A stretch of DNA of 64,000 nucleotides from an uncultured Chloroflexia bacterium (lineage in GTDB: Bacteria > Chloroflexota > Limnocylindria > Limnocylindrales > CSP1-4), in the NCBI GenBank assembly GCA_963748625.1, contig CAVVJT010000004.1:352001-416000 (forward strand). The letters are read 5' to 3'. The notes below the pieces were generated by a model. It was not told where the DNA came from. It saw nothing but the letters and a program-made list of their open reading frames with translations, and did no database searches. The stretch's first letter is position 1. The number at the start of each line of letters is the position of its first letter. Position numbers and translations under genes: made by a program. Positions 57,899-64,000 of this stretch are shown piece by piece.

Positions 57899-59341
57899 CT
57901 AGAAGTTGATCGCCCGTCCGTCAATCGCCATCGCGGTCTCGCCGATGATCTCCGACAGCGTCGGGTGCGCGTGCGTGGTGGCGCCGATCTCCCACGGCGT
58001 CGCCTCGAGCACCAGGGCGAGGCTCGCCTCCGCAATCAGGTCGGTCGCGTGCGGGCCGATGATGTGGATGCCGAGGGTCTCGTCGGTGTCCTTGTGGGCG
58101 ATGATCTTGGTGAAGCCCTCGTACTCCCCGCCGATGATCGCCTTGCCGACGGCCTGGAACGGGACCTTGCCGATCTTGACGGGCAGGCCCTGCTCCTCGC
58201 ACGCCTGCTCGGTCAGGCCGACGGACGCGATCTCGGGACGGCAGTACGTCGCCTTGGGCTGCTTCACGTAGTCCATGCCGTGGACGTCCGCATCGCCGAT
58301 GATCGTGTGGGCCGCGATGATCCCCTCGTGGGCCGCCGTGTGCGCGAGCATCAGGCCGCCGACGATGTCGCCGATCGCGTAGAGATGCGGCTCCTTCGTG
58401 CGCATGTGGTCGTCGACCTTGACGATGCCGCGGTCCACCTCGGCCGCCGTGGTCTCCAGGCCGACGTCCTCCACGTTGGTGGCGCGCCCGGCAGCGACGA
58501 GCAGCAGCTCGGCCTGGATCTCGGCGCGGTCCTTGCCGTCCGGGCCGACCGTGAGCCTGATGCCGTTGTCATCGGCGACCACGGTCGCCGCGTCGAAACG
58601 GGCATTGGTCATGACCTTGATGCCGCGCCGGGTGAAGGAGCGCTCGAGCTCCTTGCTCACCTCGCGGTCCTCCAGCGGCACGATGGCCGGCAGGTACTCG
58701 AGCAGGGTCACCGTGGCGCCCAGGTCGTGGTACATCGAGGCGAACTCGACGCCGACGGCGCCCGCGCCGATCACGATGATGCTCGACGGCATCGCCGTGG
58801 AGCGGAGGATGTCGTCCGATGTGACGATGCGGACGCCATCGGGGACGATGCCCGGGAGCGACTTCACGCGCGAGCCGGTCGCCAGGATCACGTCGGTCGC
58901 GTTGAGCAGGCGCTCGCCGCCCGCACCCGGGGTGCCGTCCTCGCCCGCAAGCTGCACGCGGACCTTCGTGGCGCCGTCGAGGCGGCCGCGGCCGTTGATC
59001 CAGGTCACGTTGTTCTTCTTGACCAGGGACCCGAGGCCCTTCCACATGCGGTTCACGACCATGTCGCGCCGCTGGCCGATCTTCGCGAAGTCCACCGTGG
59101 TGGGCCCGGTGATCCCGATCCCGAAGTCGGCGGCCTTGTGGATGCGCTCGTTGAGCGCCGCGGACTCGAGCATCGCCTTGGTGGGGATGCAGCCGCGGTG
59201 GAGGCAGGTGCCCCCGATCTTGTCCTCGTCCACCAGGGCCACCTTGAGGCCCAGCTGGGCACCGCGGAAGGCCGCGGCATAGCCGCCAGTTCCGGCGCCG
59301 AGGACGATAAGGTCGAAGTCGTTGGAGGAGCCGACGGCCAT
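57899..59341 (-). CDS. lpdA: Dihydrolipoyl dehydrogenase
   Basis: GAGTGG, GGTCLHRGCIPTK, GAGAVGVEFA, HAHPTLSE. Confidence 0.95.
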   Translation of the reverse strand: MAVGSSNDFDLIVLGAGTGGYAAAFRGAQLGLKVALVDEDKIGGTCLHRGCIPTKAMLESAALNERIHKAADFGIGITGPTTVDFAKIGQRRDMVVNRMWKGLGSLVKKNNVTWINGRGRLDGATKVRVQLAGEDGTPGAGGERLLNATDVILATGSRVKSLPGIVPDGVRIVTSDDILRSTAMPSSIIVIGAGAVGVEFASMYHDLGATVTLLEYLPAIVPLEDREVSKELERSFTRRGIKVMTNARFDAATVVADDNGIRLTVGPDGKDRAEIQAELLLVAAGRATNVEDVGLETTAAEVDRGIVKVDDHMRTKEPHLYAIGDIVGGLMLAHTAAHEGIIAAHTIIGDADVHGMDYVKQPKATYCRPEIASVGLTEQACEEQGLPVKIGKVPFQAVGKAIIGGEYEGFTKIIAHKDTDETLGIHIIGPHATDLIAEASLALVLEATPWEIGATTHAHPTLSEIIGETAMAIDGRAINF

Positions 59342-59492
59342 CGCTGGGGTGATCTCCGCTGGTGTCACAAGCCGGACGCCGGGGATGATCCGGGGCGCCG
59401 CATGGGGTGGTCGAGCATCGGGGACGATGCTACACCGCCCCAGCGTTGCCGACGCCCCGGCGCAATGGTCGACCGACCACCGCCGGGAATCG

Positions 59493-59520
59493 AAAACCGG
59501 GCCGCGTGACCGCGGCCCGG
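59493..59520 (-). terminator. Rho-independent terminator of the zinc-ribbon gene
   Basis: Minus strand CCGGGCCGCG-GTCA-CGCGGCCCGG-TTTT. Confidence 0.75.
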
Positions 59521-59543
59521 CGTTCTCAGGACTGGCGCTGGGA

Positions 59544-59942
59544 TCAGCCGCCGCGCTGGGTGCGGAAGCAGTCCGAGCAGTAGACCGGCTTGCCGTTGGT
59601 CGGGCGGAAGGGGACCTTGGCCTCCTTGCCGCAGGACGAGCATGTCGCCGCGAACATCTCGCGAGGGCCGCTCGAGCGGGAGCCGTAGCCGCCCCCGCCA
59701 CCACTGTACCCGCCGGCGGAATAGCCGCCGGCGTCACCGTACCCGGAGTCGTAACCGCCGCTCGAGTACGAGCCGCTGCTGTATCCACCGCTGTCGCTGT
59801 TCCGGGCGGCCTTGCGGCTGGCACGGCACGACGGGCAGCGTCGGGGCTCCGAGAATCCCTTCTCGGCGTAGAAGGCCTGCTCGCGCTCGGTGTAGGCGAA
59901 TTCCATCCCGCAGTCGGAACAGGTCAGGGTCTTGTCGGCCAC
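59544..59942 (-). CDS. Zinc-ribbon / CxxC-x17-CxxC domain protein
   Basis: DKTLTCSDCG.EF...EQAFYAEKGF.EPRRCPSCR, Gly/Ser/Tyr linker, REMFAATCSSCG...VPFRP...VYCSDCF. Confidence 0.9.
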   Translation of the reverse strand: MADKTLTCSDCGMEFAYTEREQAFYAEKGFSEPRRCPSCRASRKAARNSDSGGYSSGSYSSGGYDSGYGDAGGYSAGGYSGGGGGYGSRSSGPREMFAATCSSCGKEAKVPFRPTNGKPVYCSDCFRTQRGG

Positions 59943-60144
59943 GTGCCGATCTCCTCCAGTTGTCGCCGCCTCTTGCCCGGGTCCTCGAGTTGCTGGTGCT
60001 GGCCGGAGGAGACCGTGTGTCGAACGTGCGAACGAGAAATGAGCAGCGCGGGGCGTCCGCGCATCGCGCAGTCTACGACCTGATCGCAACCGTGGCGATA
60101 CCAATTTCGCAAGGCTCGGGATCGGGCCGGAGCGGGAGGGCCGC

Positions 60145-61797
60145 TCAGCCCGCGACCGGGACGTCGAACTCGTGGTGCGCACCGGCAAGGAACGACGCGG
60201 CGGCTGCGTCGGCCGTGCGCGCGTCCCAGCCGAGCAACGGGCCGGCGATCGCCGTCACGCGGGGGGCAACCGCCTGGCCGCGGTCACGGAGCACGTGGAC
60301 CAGGCGCATCCGGCGAGCCAGGAGGTCATCGAGCGACAGAGCGCCCTCATGCTCGATCGCCCACGCCACCTCCGCCTCGAGATACGGATGGCCGGGAACA
60401 AGCCGGCGCACCAGGTCCCGCTCCCGGCCGAGCGCCAGGACCGCGGGCGACTCCGTCCCGTGGCGGGCCACCAGCGAGGCCGCCGCCTCCTCGTCCATCC
60501 CCGGCTCGCGGGCCAGGCGGGCGGCGAGCGCATCGAGCTCCGCCCGTGGGGCGGCGCCCGCAAGCGGCAGTTCACTCGTGACGCACGGGCGCTGTCGGGA
60601 GGCATCGCCCAGCACCGCATCGACGGCATCGGCCGCCATGACCCGGTAGGTCGTGTACTTGCCGCCACTGATCCGCACGAGACCCGGCCGCTCGATGGCA
60701 ACACGGTGCTCGCGGGAGATCGTGACCGATGTTGCCGCATCCGACGGTGCCACCAGGGGCCGCAGTCCCGCATACGTGCCCAGGATGTCGTCCCGGGTCA
60801 GCCCCACGTCCAGGGCGCCGTTCACGGTCGCGAGGATCCGGTCCACGTCGCCAGGGGCGGCGTGCGGGTGGTCCACCGACCCGTGGTCGGGATCGTCGGT
60901 GGTGCCGATCACCCAGTACCGCGGCCAAGGGACGATGAAGCCGGTGTGGCCGGGAATCCTCAGCGTCACGCCGCCGCTGAGGGGGATCCGCTCGCGGGGC
61001 ACCAGGAGGTGGCTCCCGCGCGACGGCAGGACGGTGAAGCCCTCCGCCTCCCCTTCCCCGCCGAACGGCCGATCGGGCAGCGCACCCCAGACCCCGGTCG
61101 CGTCGAGCACCGCGCTGGCGCGGATGTCGAGCAGCGCGCCGGTCAGGTCCTCGCGCACCGTCGCCCCAACCACCCGGTCACCCTCGCGCAGCCCGCCGGT
61201 CGCACGCACCCGCGTCACCGCGAGCCCGCCGTGCGCCTGCGCCGTACGCACGACCGCAAGCACCAGCCGTGCGTCGTCCTCGACGGCGTCGTGGTACAGG
61301 ATCCCGCCGCGAAGCCGGTCACGTCGCAGGGATGGCGCCCAGGCCAGTGCGCCGGGCACGTCGAGATGGCGGTGCCGCCCGGCCGACCGCGCCGAGCCGA
61401 GGGCGTCGTAGCCGGCCATGCCCGCGGTGTAGAAGGCACGGGCGATCCCGGGCTTGCCGTAGAGCGGGAACAGGAAGGTCTCGAGCCGGACCAGGTGCGG
61501 TGCCAGTCGGAGGAGCCGTGCCCGTTCCATCAGCGCCTCGCGGACGAGGCCCACGCGCCCTTGCTGGAGGTACCGCAGGCCGCCGTGGATCAGGCGTGAC
61601 GAGCGCGACGAGGTCCCCGATGCCCAGTCCTCCTGCTCGACCAGGGCGACCTTGAGGCCACGGGTAACCGCATCGAGGAGGGCTCCCGCACCGGTGATCC
61701 CGCCGCCGACGATGAGCAGGTCCCAGCGCTCGCCGGCAAGGCGCCGCAGGTCGGCCTCGCGCCGGCTCAGCGGCCCGGGGCGCGCAGGATCTTCCAC
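60145..61797 (-). CDS. glpD: FAD-dependent glycerol-3-phosphate dehydrogenase/oxidase
   Basis: DLLIVGGGITGAG, GTSSRSSRLIHGGLRYL, DDARL, AGLRPL, GGKYTTYR; exact start uncertain. Confidence 0.9.
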   Translation of the reverse strand: MEDPARPGPLSRREADLRRLAGERWDLLIVGGGITGAGALLDAVTRGLKVALVEQEDWASGTSSRSSRLIHGGLRYLQQGRVGLVREALMERARLLRLAPHLVRLETFLFPLYGKPGIARAFYTAGMAGYDALGSARSAGRHRHLDVPGALAWAPSLRRDRLRGGILYHDAVEDDARLVLAVVRTAQAHGGLAVTRVRATGGLREGDRVVGATVREDLTGALLDIRASAVLDATGVWGALPDRPFGGEGEAEGFTVLPSRGSHLLVPRERIPLSGGVTLRIPGHTGFIVPWPRYWVIGTTDDPDHGSVDHPHAAPGDVDRILATVNGALDVGLTRDDILGTYAGLRPLVAPSDAATSVTISREHRVAIERPGLVRISGGKYTTYRVMAADAVDAVLGDASRQRPCVTSELPLAGAAPRAELDALAARLAREPGMDEEAAASLVARHGTESPAVLALGRERDLVRRLVPGHPYLEAEVAWAIEHEGALSLDDLLARRMRLVHVLRDRGQAVAPRVTAIAGPLLGWDARTADAAAASFLAGAHHEFDVPVAG

Positions 61798-61973
61798 AGC
61801 ACGAACGCGGTGCCGCCGATGAGCACGGCGATCAGCAGCGGCGTCTGGAACACGATGGCCTGGCCCTCGGCGGGCAGGAGCGCCGTCGCGACGGCGGCGA
61901 GGAGGACGACGGCGACGATTACCGCGGCGACCAGGAGCACCTCACGGAGCCCCGGCTGCCGGATCTCAGCCAC
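61767..61973 (-). CDS. Small two-TM membrane protein
   Basis: Two hydrophobic helices; overlaps both neighbours in an operon-like manner. Confidence 0.55.
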   Translation of the reverse strand: MAEIRQPGLREVLLVAAVIVAVVLLAAVATALLPAEGQAIVFQTPLLIAVLIGGTAFVLWKILRAPGR

Positions 61974-62751
61974 GATCAGCCTCTGGCGGGATCCCGATCG
62001 GGGCGACGAACACGCGGCCGGCGAGCGCGCGACCCATCCGCGTGCGCAGCCCGGTCTTCGGCCGGTGGAAGGTCACCGTGAGGTCCGCGCGCACCACCGG
62101 GTCAGACGGATCGCCCGACGTGAGGTCCACCGCCGTGGGCGTGTCCACCGCGAGCACGGGGATGCCGGCCTCACGGGCGCGGCGGATGACCTCCACCGCC
62201 GTCCGGACGGGCTCACGGAGCTGGCCCCGGACGCCGGTCCCCAGCAGCGCGTCCACGACGATGGCGGCCCGATCGATCCCCTGGCCCAGGATCGCGACAT
62301 CACGCCCGACGCCCGCGTGGATCTTGGTGACGCCCTCGATGCCGTCCAGGCGCTGCCAGTTGCGCTTCGCGTCGGGGGCACGCGGGTTCTCCCCGGTGGC
62401 GACCAGCACGGCGATCACGGGCACGCCCCACTGCGCTAGGCGGCGAGCGGCCACGAAGCCGTCCCCGCCATTGTTCCCGGGACCGGCGAGCACCAGGACC
62501 GGCTTGCCCTCGCGGCCGTTGAACGCGAGCAGCGCGCGGGCGGCGGCGGCGACCGCAGTCCCGGCGTGTTCCATCAGCTCCTCGCCCGGGACACCGAGCG
62601 CCTGCGCCTTGAGGTCCGCCCCGGTCATCGCCTCAGCGGTGATCGCGGAGCGCGCAGCAGCCGCCGCCCAGCGCAGCTCGAGCTCGTCGAGCGTGAGCGT
62701 GCCGAGATCGGGGTCGTTCGCCGGAAGCGGCGGGGTCTTCGGGGCGGCCAT
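61966..62751 (-). CDS. nnrE: NAD(P)H-hydrate epimerase (stand-alone YjeF_N)
   Basis: LMEHAG, GPGNNGGDG, VDALLGTG, AVDTPT, TVTFH..K.GL. Confidence 0.88.
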   Translation of the reverse strand: MAAPKTPPLPANDPDLGTLTLDELELRWAAAAARSAITAEAMTGADLKAQALGVPGEELMEHAGTAVAAAARALLAFNGREGKPVLVLAGPGNNGGDGFVAARRLAQWGVPVIAVLVATGENPRAPDAKRNWQRLDGIEGVTKIHAGVGRDVAILGQGIDRAAIVVDALLGTGVRGQLREPVRTAVEVIRRAREAGIPVLAVDTPTAVDLTSGDPSDPVVRADLTVTFHRPKTGLRTRMGRALAGRVFVAPIGIPPEADRG

Positions 62752-62779
62752 CCGCGCAAGGGTACCGCGCCTCGCAGGG

Positions 62780-63214
62780 TCAGCCGGTGATCCCCAGCAT
62801 CTCGTCCGTGCGGGGGTCGGGGCGGCCGTCGTAGTAGCGGTCGATGACGGCGCGGAAGGCGGGTTCGTCGGGGTCGGCGCGCATGAACAGGGTCATGGAC
62901 GAGCGGACCTTCATGTCGTCGGGTGCATGGAAGTAGTCGTACGCCGTGGCCGTCCGGGATGCGGCGATCACCGCCGCGCACTCGCGGACGCGCGGGCCCA
63001 GGACCGGGTGCGCCAGGTAGGCGCGAGCCTCATCGAGCGAGGCGATGCCGTACTGGAGTGCGAACGGGCTGGAGCCGAGGCCTCGCAGCTGCGGCAGCAC
63101 ATACCAGATCCAATGGGTCCTCTTCGCACCGGCCCGCAGCTCCGCCAGCGCCTGCTCGTAGTCGCGCTGCTGGGCGGCCACGAACCGCTCGAGGTCGAGG
63201 ACGTCATGCTCCAT
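62780..63214 (-). CDS. DUF1810 domain protein
   Basis: LERFVAAQ, ELRAGAKRTHWIWYVLPQ, EARAYLAHPVLG, SSMTLF. Confidence 0.9.
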   Translation of the reverse strand: MEHDVLDLERFVAAQQRDYEQALAELRAGAKRTHWIWYVLPQLRGLGSSPFALQYGIASLDEARAYLAHPVLGPRVRECAAVIAASRTATAYDYFHAPDDMKVRSSMTLFMRADPDEPAFRAVIDRYYDGRPDPRTDEMLGITG

Positions 63215-63476
63215 CGGACCATTCTGCCTTCCCGAGGGTCGGGGCGCCGAGCCGCTGCCTGCACCACAACGAAACCCCACATCCCGGCGCCCGCCTGCGC
63301 TGAATGTGCGGCCTTGTTGCGTCCAGATCAACGCCGGCCCGCAAACAGTCCCACTCCAGGCCTTGCGAGCAGGCGCCGACGGGGTTTGGTTGACTTCTGC
63401 GCAACGGTCGGCTGGCGACTGCCGCAGCGCCCGGGAGCAAGGTCAGCGCGGGAGCCGGCGGGCGCCTGAGTCGGAG

Positions 63477-64000
63477 TCAGCGCGGCAGCCGTGCCTCCAT
63501 GCCGGCATCGCCCTCGCGGACATCGAGCAGGCCGTCCGAGCCCAGCGAGAGCACCGCCTCCCGGACCGCCCCGATCCCGTGCGTGCCCATCACCTCGGGG
63601 TACGTCACCCAGGTGCCGTCAGGTGCCGAGCGAGCGCGCTCCAGCACCCGCCCGCGCAACCATCGGCTGGTTGTCTCGAACGCGGGAGCCGATCGATGTC
63701 GCCCGGTCGCCCCCGACGCGTTCGCCGCGGCTGTCGGCCGGTCCCCCGCCGCGTAGTGGCACCATGCGTAGGCTGGGCAGTCCGCGCAGCGCGGCTTCGA
63801 TGGCTTGCACAGGCGCGCGCCAAGGTCCATGAGCGCGTGCGTCCACGCGGCCGCGGCGTCGTCTGGGACGACCGCATCGGCCAGCGCCTGCATCGCGGCC
63901 GGCGTGTACGCCTCCGGTCCACCCGCGGCGATCCGCCCCAGCACCCGCCGCACGTTGACATCCACCGCGCCCACAGGCATCCCGAACGCGATCGCCGCCA
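63477..64000 (-). CDS. mutY: A/G-specific adenine glycosylase, C-terminal part (runs off window end)
   Basis: AIAFG...VDVNVRRVL, ALMDLGARLC, Fe-S motif CKPSKPRCADCPAYAWC. Confidence 0.82.
   Translation of the reverse strand, partial: AAIAFGMPVGAVDVNVRRVLGRIAAGGPEAYTPAAMQALADAVVPDDAAAAWTHALMDLGARLCKPSKPRCADCPAYAWCHYAAGDRPTAAANASGATGRHRSAPAFETTSRWLRGRVLERARSAPDGTWVTYPEVMGTHGIGAVREAVLSLGSDGLLDVREGDAGMEARLPR

Overview
High-GC (roughly 70%+) bacterial chromosomal segment made mostly of core and metabolic genes. Gene content and style suggest Chloroflexota, possibly Limnocylindria/Ellin6529; this is inference, not a database result. Main blocks: (i) a complete group 3d bidirectional [NiFe]-hydrogenase operon hoxEFUYH-hoxW-hypA, divergent from a CBS+BON protein; (ii) an 8-gene cluster (large exported protein, ABC ATPase, permease, GQ-repeat coiled-coil protein, MoxR, DUF58, two VWA proteins) followed by a sortase; (iii) a branched-chain 2-oxoacid dehydrogenase-type operon (lpdA, E1a, E1b, E2, lipA) interrupted by a lower-GC four-gene islet; (iv) TPM-PspA, DUF1611 plus epimerase, glutaminase-STAS-cNMP, an orphan N4C-type DNA methyltransferase, tRNA-Arg(TCT) and tRNA-Glu(CTC). 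The most interesting non-coding signals are a ~220-nt rod-folding stand-alone RNA (6S-like, 403-657), a truncated c-di-AMP(ydaO)-riboswitch-like leader (27689-27782), an RBS-sequestering leader on a zinc-ribbon gene, DevR/DosR-like boxes and many apparently leaderless genes. A sortase together with a surface protein ending in a non-canonical PPPTD-TM-basic tail suggests a lineage-specific anchoring system. Nine apparent frameshifts, several in essential-type genes, are most likely long-read assembly errors. No CRISPR array, integrase or transposase was seen.
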